A DNA stretch of 64,000 nt. Source: Candidatus Cloacimonadales bacterium. GTDB taxonomy: Bacteria > Cloacimonadota > Cloacimonadia > Cloacimonadales > DAONDQ01. A program made the position numbers and the translations under genes. Under the pieces are notes generated by a model that did not search any database, was not told the origin of the DNA, and saw only the letters and a list, made by a program, of their open reading frames with translations. Shown here piece by piece: positions 1 to 9,260 of the stretch. Position 1 is the first letter of the stretch. Each line of letters opens with the position of its first letter. The stretch covers positions 3,200,001 through 3,264,000 of the forward strand of contig OY759316.1 of NCBI GenBank assembly GCA_963662275.1, in the 5' to 3' direction.

Positions 1-393
1 CTTCTAACCAATCCTGTACGCTTTATTGGTAATGATTTGAATTGGGTGAAAGGCATGGAATGCATCAAGATGGAATTGGGAGAACCGGATGATTCCGGTC
101 GTCGCAGACCTGAACCTGTCAAGGACTCGAACTTCATCATCGACACAGACCTAGTTATTGTAGCTCTCGGTACTGATCCGAATCCCATCATTTTCAATAC
201 AACTCCTGACCTGAAGAGAAATCGATGGGGCTATATCGATGTGAATCCTGATACAATGGAAACATCAAAGCCTAACGTCTATGCTGGTGGCGATATTGTC
301 ACAGGGAGCGCTACTGTCATTTTGGCAATGGGAGCGGGTAGAATAGCAGCACAGGCGATTCATAAGAAGCTTTCCGGAAAAGCTGCTAAGTAA
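1..393 (+). CDS. 3' part of NADPH-dependent glutamate synthase small-chain-like oxidoreductase (GltD/NfnB/SudA family); runs off the window start
   Basis: Frame is open from base 1 (LLTNPVRFIG...). Family motifs MELGEPDDSGRRRP and VYAGGDIVTGSATVILAMGAG. Confidence 0.85.
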   Translation, partial: LLTNPVRFIGNDLNWVKGMECIKMELGEPDDSGRRRPEPVKDSNFIIDTDLVIVALGTDPNPIIFNTTPDLKRNRWGYIDVNPDTMETSKPNVYAGGDIVTGSATVILAMGAGRIAAQAIHKKLSGKAAK

Positions 394-531
394 AGTTTAC
401 TTCGCTGTAGAGTTTATCTCAGGAAACTGCGTCTGCATTAATTGGAGTTTGCATAAAAGCTAAGGTTTTGAGCTTAGAAACTATATTAAGTTCACAATCA
501 GCTTTTCAAACTCTCCGACACTAAAGTGCCA

Positions 532-626
532 CCTCTCTTTATCCAAAGAGAGGAATGGATAAACAGCATTCTGTCTGATTTCCCTCCCTTTGGATAAAGG
601 GAGGGATTAAGGGAGAGTTTGATTCT
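532..626. repeat. Hairpin repeat family A (CCTCCCTTTGGATAAAGGGAGG), two copies
   Basis: 578-626 is identical to 50024-50072. An inverted copy lies at about 30590-30635 and related hairpins at about 7393-7420 and 49970-50240. Confidence 0.85.
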
Positions 627-682
627 GCAATTTGAACTCCAAATACTTTAATTTCACGGCACAGAATTCTAAAGAGGTAAAT

Positions 683-1057
683 GTGATATATGGTATAGGT
701 ACTGATTTGATTGAAGTTGAACGGGTAAAAAAGCAAGTGGAAAGTGATAACGGTTTTAAAGAACGTGTCTTCACAGAGGCAGAGATTGCGTACTGTGACA
801 GTAAACATCATAGATATCAGCATTATGCAGGAAGATTTGCAGCCAAAGAAGCTTTTATGAAGGCTTTGGGGACTGGATGGCAGGGTGGAGTTTCATTCCA
901 GGATATTGAAATAATCACTACTCCCAATGGAAAACCTGAATTAAAACTGCATGGAAAGACTGCAGAAATAACCGAAGGCAAGTTCATTCAATCTATGTTT
1001 GTTTCTCTTTCCCATTTATCCAGTTTTGCGATGGCAACAGTTGTATTGGAACAGTAA
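683..1057 (+). CDS. acpS: Holo-[acyl-carrier-protein] synthase
   Basis: GIGTDLIE, GRFAAKEAFMKALGTG and SLSH motifs. GTG start at 683 follows a GAGGT RBS. Confidence 0.95.
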   Translation: MIYGIGTDLIEVERVKKQVESDNGFKERVFTEAEIAYCDSKHHRYQHYAGRFAAKEAFMKALGTGWQGGVSFQDIEIITTPNGKPELKLHGKTAEITEGKFIQSMFVSLSHLSSFAMATVVLEQ

Positions 1058-1058
1058 A

Positions 1059-1616
1059 GCGTGGAGTAAGATGCCGATCCTACTGGTCTGCGTGGAGTAA
1101 GATGCCGATCCTACTGGTCTGCGTGGAGTAGGATGCCGATCCTACTGGTCTGCGTGGAGTAGGATGCCGATCCTACTGGTCTGCGTGGAGTAGGATGCCG
1201 ATCCTACTGGTCTGCGTGGAGTAAGATGCCGATCCTACTGGTCTGCGTGGAGTAAGATGCCGATCCTACTGGTCTGCGTGGAGTAAGATGCCGATCCTAC
1301 TGGTCTGCGTGGAGTAAGATGCCGATCCTACTGGTCTGCGTGGAGTAAGATGCCGATCCTACTGGTCTGCGTGGAGTAGGATGCCGATCCTACTGGTCTG
1401 CGTGGAGTAGGATGCCGATCCTACTGGTCTGCGTGGAGTAGGATGCCGATCCTACTGGTCTGCGTGGAGTAGGATGCCGATCCTACTGGTCTGCGTGGAG
1501 TAGGATGCCGATCCTACTGGTCTGCGTGGAGTAGGATGCCGATCCTACTGGTCTGCGTGGAGTAGGATGCCGATCTTACTGGTCTGCGTGGAGTAGGATG
1601 CCGATCCTACTGGTCT
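1059..1616 (+). repeat. Tandem array of 18 x 31-bp REP units GCGTGGAGTA(A/G)GATGCCGATCCTACTGGTCT
   Basis: Exact 31-bp period (starts 1059, 1090 ... 1586) with no spacers. Each unit is GTGG plus hairpin AGTAGGAT-GCCG-ATCCTACT. Confidence 0.97.
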
Positions 1617-1642
1617 TTTTTTAATCTTATTCGGAGGTATTC

Positions 1643-2317
1643 ATGGATAAGGACAACACTATTAGTCAGAATAGTTTACAGTATATTTATCGATCACGAA
1701 ATCTCCCCCATAAATATGATACAGACAAACCTATCTTCATAACTTATCGATTGAAATTTACAATTCCAAATTCTATAAAGGAAGAAATGAATCTTCGAAA
1801 GAAGGAATGGCAAAAAAAATATGCTAGCCTGCCTGAGTCTGAGAAGCCTAATGCGCTAAAACTTAATGAATTAGAAACATTTCGAAGATTCGACGAATTG
1901 CTTCATAAGTCAGATGAAGTTCCAAGACTTCTTCATAGGGTTGATTTAACGAATGTAATAATAGATAACTTTCATTACTTTAACAACCAAAGGTATCAAC
2001 TCCAGGCATTTTGCATTATGCCTAATCATGTACATGTTCTTATTAAACCTCTCAAACAACCTGACGGTGAGGTTTTTTCCTTAGCACATATCAATTACAC
2101 TTGGAAGAGATTCACTTCCAACAAAATAAATAAGATATTGAATAGAACAGGGAGTCTTTGGCAAGATGAGTCTTATGATCATCTTATTCAATCAGACAAT
2201 GAATTCTATGCTACTTTAGAGTATATCATCAACAATCCGATAAAAGCTGGATTAGTTGATCATTGGAAAGATTGGCATGGAACATGGATAAGGGAAGATT
2301 TGAAGAGCAGACAGTAG
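1643..2317 (+). CDS. REP-associated tyrosine transposase (RAYT, Y1 HUH family)
   Basis: RNLPH, IFITYRL, HUH motif CIMPNHVH, WQDESYDHLI and YIINNPIKAGL. Flanked by REPs in inverted orientation. Confidence 0.9.
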   Translation: MDKDNTISQNSLQYIYRSRNLPHKYDTDKPIFITYRLKFTIPNSIKEEMNLRKKEWQKKYASLPESEKPNALKLNELETFRRFDELLHKSDEVPRLLHRVDLTNVIIDNFHYFNNQRYQLQAFCIMPNHVHVLIKPLKQPDGEVFSLAHINYTWKRFTSNKINKILNRTGSLWQDESYDHLIQSDNEFYATLEYIINNPIKAGLVDHWKDWHGTWIREDLKSRQ

Positions 2318-2406
2318 GATCGGCATCCTACTCCACACTCAGCAGACAGTAGGATCGGCATCCTACTCCACATTCAGCAGACAGTAGGATCGGCATCCTA
2401 CTCCAC
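2306..2406 (-). repeat. Three inverted REP copies (35-bp period) downstream of RAYT
   Basis: AGTAGGATCGGCATCCTACTCCAC x3 is the reverse complement of the upstream REP. Units start at 2306, 2341 and 2376. Confidence 0.95.
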
Positions 2407-2413
2407 TACATAC

Positions 2414-3604
2414 TTACTTCAATATCCCTAATTCCTTTCCAATCTTCACAAAAGAGCTAATAGCACGATCAAGATGAAATAGGGAATGTGCTGCTGAAAG
2501 CTGAACACGGATGCGTGCTTTCCCCACAGGAACAACTGGATATGTGAATCCAATCACATATATTCCCTCTTCAAGAAGGCGATTCGCCATTTCCACGGCA
2601 AGATTCTCATCATGAATCATAACCGGTACAATCGCAGTATCACTTGGAATAATGTCAAATCCGGCTTCTATCATACCTTTTCGGAAGTAATTAGCGTTTG
2701 TGATGAGATGATTTCTAAAATTAGTTGTTTCAATAAGCATATCAATCACTTTCATGACAGCACCAACTATGGGAGGTGCAATCGTATTGGAAAATATATA
2801 CGGTCTGGAACGTTGTCGTAAATATTCAATGACATCCCTGCTACTGGATATGCAACCACCGGAAGACCCGCCAAGTGCTTTACCAAAAGTAGTTGTGATA
2901 ATATCTACACGTCCTTCAACACCACAATATTCAACAGTACCTCTTCCGGTATCACCGATATAACCCGTTGCATGGGAATCATCCACCAGGACAAGAGAAT
3001 CATACTTTTCTGCAAGATCACAGATTGTTTGAAGATTAGCAATATCTCCATCCATGGAGAAGACACCATCAGTGACGATTAGGCGATACTTCATGTCTTT
3101 CGCCTTAGTTAGGATATCCTCTAATTCTGTCATATCAGCATGTGTATAACGAAATCGCTGCGCTTTGCATAAACGAACACCATCAATGATGGAAGCATGA
3201 TTCAAAGCATCTGAGATGATCGCACAATCTTCATCAAGTAGAGGTTCGAACACTCCACCATTGGCATCAAAGCAGGAAGAATAGAGAATTGTGTCTTCCA
3301 TACCCAGAAACTTGGATACTTTCTTTTCCAGTTGTTTATGTATTTCCTGTGTTCCACAGATGAAACGTACCGAAGCCAAGCCAAATCCCCACTCATCGAG
3401 TGTCTTCTTTACAGCCTTAATGACTTCCGGATGATTTGCCAAGCCCAGGTAATTATTTGCACAGAAATTGATAACTTTTTCACCATCGACCAAGGCAATC
3501 TCTGCCCCTTGAGGTGTACCGAGGATACGTTCAGTTTTGAACATACCTGACGTATTTATTTGATCCAACTGTTTCCTGATATCTCCATGGAATCTTTTAG
3601 ACAT
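2414..3604 (-). CDS. kbl: Glycine C-acetyltransferase (2-amino-3-ketobutyrate CoA ligase)
   Basis: NFCANNYLGL, SVRFICGTQ, DGVFSMDG, DDSHATG, PLP lysine in TTFGKALGG, ARIRVQLSAAH. Confidence 0.93.
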   Translation of the reverse strand: MSKRFHGDIRKQLDQINTSGMFKTERILGTPQGAEIALVDGEKVINFCANNYLGLANHPEVIKAVKKTLDEWGFGLASVRFICGTQEIHKQLEKKVSKFLGMEDTILYSSCFDANGGVFEPLLDEDCAIISDALNHASIIDGVRLCKAQRFRYTHADMTELEDILTKAKDMKYRLIVTDGVFSMDGDIANLQTICDLAEKYDSLVLVDDSHATGYIGDTGRGTVEYCGVEGRVDIITTTFGKALGGSSGGCISSSRDVIEYLRQRSRPYIFSNTIAPPIVGAVMKVIDMLIETTNFRNHLITNANYFRKGMIEAGFDIIPSDTAIVPVMIHDENLAVEMANRLLEEGIYVIGFTYPVVPVGKARIRVQLSAAHSLFHLDRAISSFVKIGKELGILK

Positions 3605-3623
3605 GATAACCTCTTTTTTCTTT

Positions 3624-3777
3624 GTAGAGTAGGATTCCGATCCTACTGAATACTAAACTCATCGTGGAGTAGGATTCCGATCCTACTGAATACTAAACTT
3701 CAGCGTGTTACACTCAGACTCAATTAACTTCTTCACTAATAGTCAACTGTTCAGTAGGATCGGAATCCTACTCCACG
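3624..3777. repeat. REP variant cluster (TCCG loop): two direct copies and one inverted copy, REPIN-like
   Basis: GT(A/G)GAGTAGGATTCCGATCCTACTGAA at about 3624 and 3664; inverted copy at 3751-3777. Confidence 0.9.
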
Positions 3778-3850
3778 TTATTGAGACGTCTCAGCGTTTA
3801 CAGTAATTCTGTCAATAAAAACAAGCGCCTTTTCCATCTATGGAAAAAGC

Positions 3851-5711
3851 GAGACTGTTCAAAATTAACCTCCATTTTACGCAGCCTTATTGGTAGTGAC
3901 AGAGAAAAAGTGGTCTAAGTGCGACCAATCCACATTTTCTTGACATATGCGGGAGATATTTAAACTTGCTAAAAGTGATTCCTGACGCATGATTGGTTGA
4001 CCTTTATCGACCAGTTCTTTGAACCAAAGCGAAAACACAAGGTTGCGGGTGGTTTCTTCAGATTTTAGTCCAAATCTACCGGATGTCACCTTCTTGATTT
4101 TGCGGTTCCAGCGTTCAGAGACATTGGAAGTCAAACCTTTGCTGAGGTGTCTCCAATCACTAATGATATTGCTTTTGATGTATTCGGCGGCGGTTGGGGG
4201 AGTAATAGCTGTCAGGCTTGCGATACCCTTTTTCCTTCCGCCCGCCGTTTCTCTTCGGAAAGCTTTCATAATCCTCTTCTTAAAGAACTTGTCCCTGTCT
4301 TCAGGGAGATGACATTGACTGATTCTTTTGAAGAGATTTCGTATCTTATGGAACTTACAGAGTTGGTAATGGACTTTTGGAAACACTGTTTTTCTTGCAA
4401 CTGCTAACGATTTACTGCCATCACTGACAATCAGGGTTGGATCTTTCCTGTAGAGCTGTCTGAAGGTTCTGAAACATGCTTCGAATGATTCTTTCTTTGT
4501 GTCAGGATACAACTCACAAAACAGAGGGATGTGAGTCACAAAATCAACAATACTGATGACATAGTACGGAATACCTTTGATCTTCACATATTTCTCATCA
4601 ATGCTGATCTTTCCGCTCCACTTACCGATTGAGTTCAGAATCAGGCTCTGCAGGTCAGCGATTTCATGCCAGAGATTTGAGACTGTAGCTTTACAGGTGT
4701 TGAGCAGCAAAGCTATCGTCTCGAAGTTCATACCGCTTCCAACCAGGTAATGTACCAGCAGACACAGGTTCTTGCGTTCCAGACTATGGAACGGCTTTGC
4801 ATCGGCGGTTCTATGGGATGTATTGCCTTTAGCAGTCTTCATTTGTTCCAGGAGTCTGTCACAGATAACAGGTGTATTCTGCTGACCGGCAAGCAGTTTC
4901 AGCAGATGTACAGCATCACCGCCTACTGTCTTTTTCAGAAGAAGCTTCTGAGCTTGCTTAACTACAGACAGAGAATTGACCTGAGAAGCATATTTGCAGA
5001 AAGTGGTATAGGACATTTTAAAATCATGATGGCTGATGAACTCCTGATACATGACATTTAAAGGTAAAAGCAGGTTATTGATAACAAAATTCTCGATCTG
5101 AGGAATACACTCCAGCAGGTCAACTTTCCGGCTTAAATATGCCAGGATATCATGACCATGCTGCTCAAACTCTTGCCAGAAATTATGTACATTCCTGCGG
5201 TCTGCGTAGTTAAACAGATCAGCTATTTGCTGAAGTGTAAGGAGGTTGTCTCCGCCTATTCCTACTAATAAGCGTAGAAACGCTATTAAGAACTTGTGGT
5301 TTGATGTTGTCTCAGGCAAAGTGAATGAAAATGGTACGTTAATACTTACATGGTATTGGTTACTTTCATGACTAACACTTACCGCTTCTTGAATTGGAGT
5401 GTTTTTTTGTCATAATATCCTCCCTTTTGTTACCAGGTAACAAATGCCATTGAAGCTATAGCAAAAAACTTGTAAAGAACTATTTTATATGATTTTAACT
5501 ACACATTTAGTCAGAAACGGCTTCGAAACATTACTTATAATCGCGTGTTTTTCAATTTTAGTCAAAAAGCTTAACTTGTGATTTGGTGTCCTTAGCAGAG
5601 CTTATCTGTCAATTCTGGAAGGTATGTTAAATTATGACCGTTTCGACCACTTTTTTCAACTTGCTACTTTCTAACTTATTGAATATTATGAATAACTTCA
5701 TGAACAGTCTC
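3851..5711 (-). mobile_element. Insertion sequence, 1861 bp, with 11-bp TIRs and 8-bp target-site duplication
   Basis: GAGACTGTTCA (3851-3861) and TGAACAGTCTC (5701-5711). GAAAAAGC flanks both ends (3843-3850, 5712-5719). Confidence 0.92.
3877..5319 (-). CDS. DDE transposase (Mutator/IS256-like CxxH signature; first Asp in IS6-like context); true start may be ATG 5413 via a frameshift
   Basis: SIDEKYVKIKG, IVSDG, QLCKFH and NVSERWN motifs, inside a TIR-bounded element. Confidence 0.88.
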   Translation of the reverse strand: MPETTSNHKFLIAFLRLLVGIGGDNLLTLQQIADLFNYADRRNVHNFWQEFEQHGHDILAYLSRKVDLLECIPQIENFVINNLLLPLNVMYQEFISHHDFKMSYTTFCKYASQVNSLSVVKQAQKLLLKKTVGGDAVHLLKLLAGQQNTPVICDRLLEQMKTAKGNTSHRTADAKPFHSLERKNLCLLVHYLVGSGMNFETIALLLNTCKATVSNLWHEIADLQSLILNSIGKWSGKISIDEKYVKIKGIPYYVISIVDFVTHIPLFCELYPDTKKESFEACFRTFRQLYRKDPTLIVSDGSKSLAVARKTVFPKVHYQLCKFHKIRNLFKRISQCHLPEDRDKFFKKRIMKAFRRETAGGRKKGIASLTAITPPTAAEYIKSNIISDWRHLSKGLTSNVSERWNRKIKKVTSGRFGLKSEETTRNLVFSLWFKELVDKGQPIMRQESLLASLNISRICQENVDWSHLDHFFSVTTNKAA

Positions 5712-5757
5712 GAAAAAGCGCTTTAAATGTATTACTGAAGCTTATTCAGTGTAAATA

Positions 5758-7005
5758 TTATGAACTATACATTGCCATGATTTCATTCTTGGTTTTCCCA
5801 AGAATACCATATTTCTTTCCAACTTTAATGAATGCTGCCAGTGCTTTTTCGAGGTGATGCATCTCATGCGCTGCAGAGATCTGGGTACGAATTCTGGCTT
5901 TACCTTGTGGTACAACAGGGAAAAAGAAGCCTATTGCATAGACGCCTTCAGCATAGAGATCAGTTGCAAAGTCCTGTGACAGTTTCGAATCAAATAACAT
6001 CACGGGAACAATGGGAGTATCACCGGGTTGAATGATGAATCCGGCTTCAATGAGACCTTTTCTCCACCAGTTGGCACTGGCTTCCAACTTGTCCCTGCGT
6101 TCAGTTGTCTTGGAAAGGATATCCAAAACCCGAATTACACCGGCAACCACAGGTGGGGCAATAGTGTTTGAGAACAAATATGGACGTGCTTTCTGACGAC
6201 ACATCTCAACCAGTTCCTTCCGTCCGGATACGCATCCGCCGGAAGCACCGCCGAGACCTTTACCGAATGTGGTTGTGATGATGTCTATCTTGCCCATCAC
6301 GCCGCAAAGCTCATGCGTTCCTCTTCCGGTCTTACCGATAAAACCTGATGAATGTGAATCATCAACCAGCAGCATGGCATCATATTTTTCACATAATGCT
6401 ACCATTTCAGCAAGTTTTGCTGTATCGCCATCCATAGAGAAAACGCCATCTGTGATAACAAGCTTGTTGCGTTTGTCAGAATGGAGTTGAAGCTTCTCTT
6501 CCAAATGACCCATATCAGAATGCTTGAATGTATCCTGTACTGCCTTGCATAAGCGAATTCCATCGATCAGGGAAGCATGAACCAGACGATCTGATATCAT
6601 CACATCCTCTTCTGATAATATCGCTTCAAACACACCTGCATTTGCGTCCATACAGGAAGGGAAAAGAATAGTATCTTCAGTACCGAGGAATTCCGTCACT
6701 TTCCTTTCCAGCTCCTTATGTATATCCTGGGTTCCGCAAATGAAACGGACAGAGGACATACCGTACCCGCGGGCATCTAAACCTTCATGAGCAGCTTTGA
6801 CTACTTCAGGATGGCTGGATAATCCAAGATAATTATTAGCACATACATTTATGACTTTCTTCAGAGGGGCACCCGGAGGGAATTCAACTTCAATCTCTGC
6901 ATCCTGTACTGAATGAATGTAACGTTCAACCTTCAAGATACCTGCGTTCTTCAAGGCATCCACTTGTGCAGTATAAGTCGCTCTGACTTTATCGCTATAT
7001 GCCAT
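5758..7005 (-). CDS. Second alpha-oxoamine synthase (KBL-like, PLP-dependent class II)
   Basis: CANNYLGL, SVRFICGTQ, DDSHSSG, TTFGKGLGG. Starts 9 bp after the ACP gene stop. Confidence 0.9.
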   Translation of the reverse strand: MAYSDKVRATYTAQVDALKNAGILKVERYIHSVQDAEIEVEFPPGAPLKKVINVCANNYLGLSSHPEVVKAAHEGLDARGYGMSSVRFICGTQDIHKELERKVTEFLGTEDTILFPSCMDANAGVFEAILSEEDVMISDRLVHASLIDGIRLCKAVQDTFKHSDMGHLEEKLQLHSDKRNKLVITDGVFSMDGDTAKLAEMVALCEKYDAMLLVDDSHSSGFIGKTGRGTHELCGVMGKIDIITTTFGKGLGGASGGCVSGRKELVEMCRQKARPYLFSNTIAPPVVAGVIRVLDILSKTTERRDKLEASANWWRKGLIEAGFIIQPGDTPIVPVMLFDSKLSQDFATDLYAEGVYAIGFFFPVVPQGKARIRTQISAAHEMHHLEKALAAFIKVGKKYGILGKTKNEIMAMYSS

Positions 7006-7014
7006 TTCTCCTCC

Positions 7015-7263
7015 TTATTTAGCCAGGAATTCCTGAACGAGTTTCACAATTTTAGTTACACTATCAAAAGCTTCAGGGCTGGCTTTCTCATCAGGGATAG
7101 AAATTTTGTATTTGTTTTCCAGGAAGCGTTTCAGGGATACCATCGAGAAAGAATCTACTATACCACCTGAAATGAGTGGCGTATCAAAGCTTATTTCTTC
7201 ATCCGGATCTTCACAATATTCTTTGATCACATAGGCAAGAACGATGTCACGAATTTCTTCCAT
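7015..7263 (-). CDS. Acyl/aminoacyl carrier protein
   Basis: 82 aa, acidic, with phosphopantetheine motif GGIVDSFSMV. AAGGAG RBS. Confidence 0.9.
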   Translation of the reverse strand: MEEIRDIVLAYVIKEYCEDPDEEISFDTPLISGGIVDSFSMVSLKRFLENKYKISIPDEKASPEAFDSVTKIVKLVQEFLAK

Positions 7264-7429
7264 AATTAGTTAACTCCTTTATTGTTTTGGTTTTAATCTT
7301 TTGTGGCATAAGATTCCAATCTTATGATAATTAATTCCTTCATTTATTTTGTACTTTTTAATCGTCTTCAATGTTGATGTATGACCAAACTATCCCCCTT
7401 GATAAGGGGGGTAGGGGGGTCAACCTGTA

Positions 7430-9133
7430 TTAATCATCTTCAAGTGTAGATATATCACCGATTTCCTCACCCCATTCCTGGGCTTTCAGGACACGGCGCA
7501 TGATCTTACCACTGCGTGTTTTGGGCAAATTAGGCACAAATTCAATCTCTTGAGGCATGGCAAGAGGTGATAACTTCCTGCGAATGAAGTTCATGATATC
7601 CAAATCCATTTCATCACTTGCTTCGAAACCAGGTTTCAGACAGACAAAAGCCTTTACCACTTCCATATTGACGAAGTCAGGTTTGGAAACGACTGCTGAT
7701 TCAGCCACTGCGGGATGTTCCAGCAATGCGGACTCCACTTCGAATGGACTGACCAAATGACCGCCTGTATTGATGATATCATCATCACGACCCACAAACC
7801 AATAGTAGCCGTCCATATCAATGTAAGCTCTATCACCCGGGAGATACCAGCCGTTTTTGAACTTCGCCTGGTAGGTGGCTTCATTATTCCAATAGGTACG
7901 CATCATGGCAGGCCAGCCTGGTTTGAAACCGATCAAGCCGATCTTACCTGTTTCCGTGATCGGTTCAAATGTCTCGGTATCCACAACACAAGCTGTGATT
8001 CCCGGGAATGGTTTACCCATGGAACCTGGCTTTATCTTCATATCGGGTAAATTAGTAATCATGATGGAACCGGTCTCTGTCTGCCAATAGGAATCATGGA
8101 ATTTTAAACCAAATACCTTATCAGACCAGACTACAGCTTCTGAATTCAATGGTTCACCTACACTGGCTAAATGGCGAAGAGAGGAAAGATCGAAAGTCTT
8201 AATAATGTCGTCACCGGCTTTCATCAGGGAACGAATTGCTGTTGGAGCTGAATACCAGACAGTAATCTTATGCTTTTGAATGAAGCTATACCACGCATCG
8301 GCTGAAAAGCCTATATCATTCACGCATTGTGTCACACCCATTGACCAGGGTCCGATAATACCATAGGAAATACCGGTTACCCAGCCCGGATCGGCGGTGC
8401 ACCAATAAATATCATCATCCTTCAGATCCAATACCCATTTCGTAGTGAGATACTGGGAAATGAGTGAATAATGCACATGCTTCACACCTTTCGGCATGCC
8501 TGTTGTACCTGATGTATAATGTAAAAGAGAGGGAGATTCAGCATGTGTAGGATAAGATTCAAACACATCCACACGTTCTACCTCTTCCATATTGAAGGCG
8601 ACCTCACGTTCCTGCAGAGGGCTTTTCTGATTGTCATCAACAATGATGATATGTCGTAATTCAGGAAGCTTGTCGATGATCTTGCGAAGCTTGCCAACAT
8701 GCTTCTTCTGGGTGAAGACAGCACATGTACCTGCATTCTCCAAACGAACCAATAAAGATTCATCACCGAAGGCAGAGAATAATGGCTGCGCAGCACAGCC
8801 TGCCTTGAGAACTGAAACAACACCGATGTACAGTTCAGGGATTCTATCCATGAAAAGACAAATACGTTCTTCGGGCTTGATTCCTAATTTCTGGATAAAG
8901 GTCGCAACCGTATTACTGAGTTGGCGGATATCATTGTAGGTATACTGTTTGGCTTTCCCTCCAAGTCCTTCCCACTTCAGGGCAAGCTTATCGCCCTTTC
9001 CCTGTTTACAGATTCGATCTGTGCAATACCAGCCGATATTAATGACATTACCAGGCTTGTACTCGAGTTCTTTTTCGGCAATTTCCCAGGAAAAGTTTTT
9101 GAGTCTTTCGTCGTATGATCCAATATTTGACAT
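7430..9133 (-). CDS. Acetate--CoA ligase-like AMP-forming enzyme (AcsA type)
   Basis: YTSGTTGMPKG, WCTADPGWVTG, SVGEP, YWQTETG, PKTRSGKIMRR. Confidence 0.92.
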   Translation of the reverse strand: MSNIGSYDERLKNFSWEIAEKELEYKPGNVINIGWYCTDRICKQGKGDKLALKWEGLGGKAKQYTYNDIRQLSNTVATFIQKLGIKPEERICLFMDRIPELYIGVVSVLKAGCAAQPLFSAFGDESLLVRLENAGTCAVFTQKKHVGKLRKIIDKLPELRHIIIVDDNQKSPLQEREVAFNMEEVERVDVFESYPTHAESPSLLHYTSGTTGMPKGVKHVHYSLISQYLTTKWVLDLKDDDIYWCTADPGWVTGISYGIIGPWSMGVTQCVNDIGFSADAWYSFIQKHKITVWYSAPTAIRSLMKAGDDIIKTFDLSSLRHLASVGEPLNSEAVVWSDKVFGLKFHDSYWQTETGSIMITNLPDMKIKPGSMGKPFPGITACVVDTETFEPITETGKIGLIGFKPGWPAMMRTYWNNEATYQAKFKNGWYLPGDRAYIDMDGYYWFVGRDDDIINTGGHLVSPFEVESALLEHPAVAESAVVSKPDFVNMEVVKAFVCLKPGFEASDEMDLDIMNFIRRKLSPLAMPQEIEFVPNLPKTRSGKIMRRVLKAQEWGEEIGDISTLEDD

Positions 9134-9260
9134 ATCTTACACCCCTCTATCTTATTCAGTGATAATCAGAACCAAGATGAATTCTACTCATAAATTGTTT
9201 ATAAATTTGAATGTGATGATGTTTTTGTCAATAACAATTTAGAAGGCAATGAAGAAGGGG

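Noticed and set aside
539..823. ORFs 539..823 and 49823..50092 sharing ESNSPLIPPFIQREGN
   Set aside because: The shared peptide is a translation of the family A DNA repeat, and both ORFs overlap real genes.
1059..1616. CRISPR array
   Set aside because: The 31-bp palindromic units are contiguous with no unique spacers, there are no cas genes, and the adjacent RAYT explains them as REPs.
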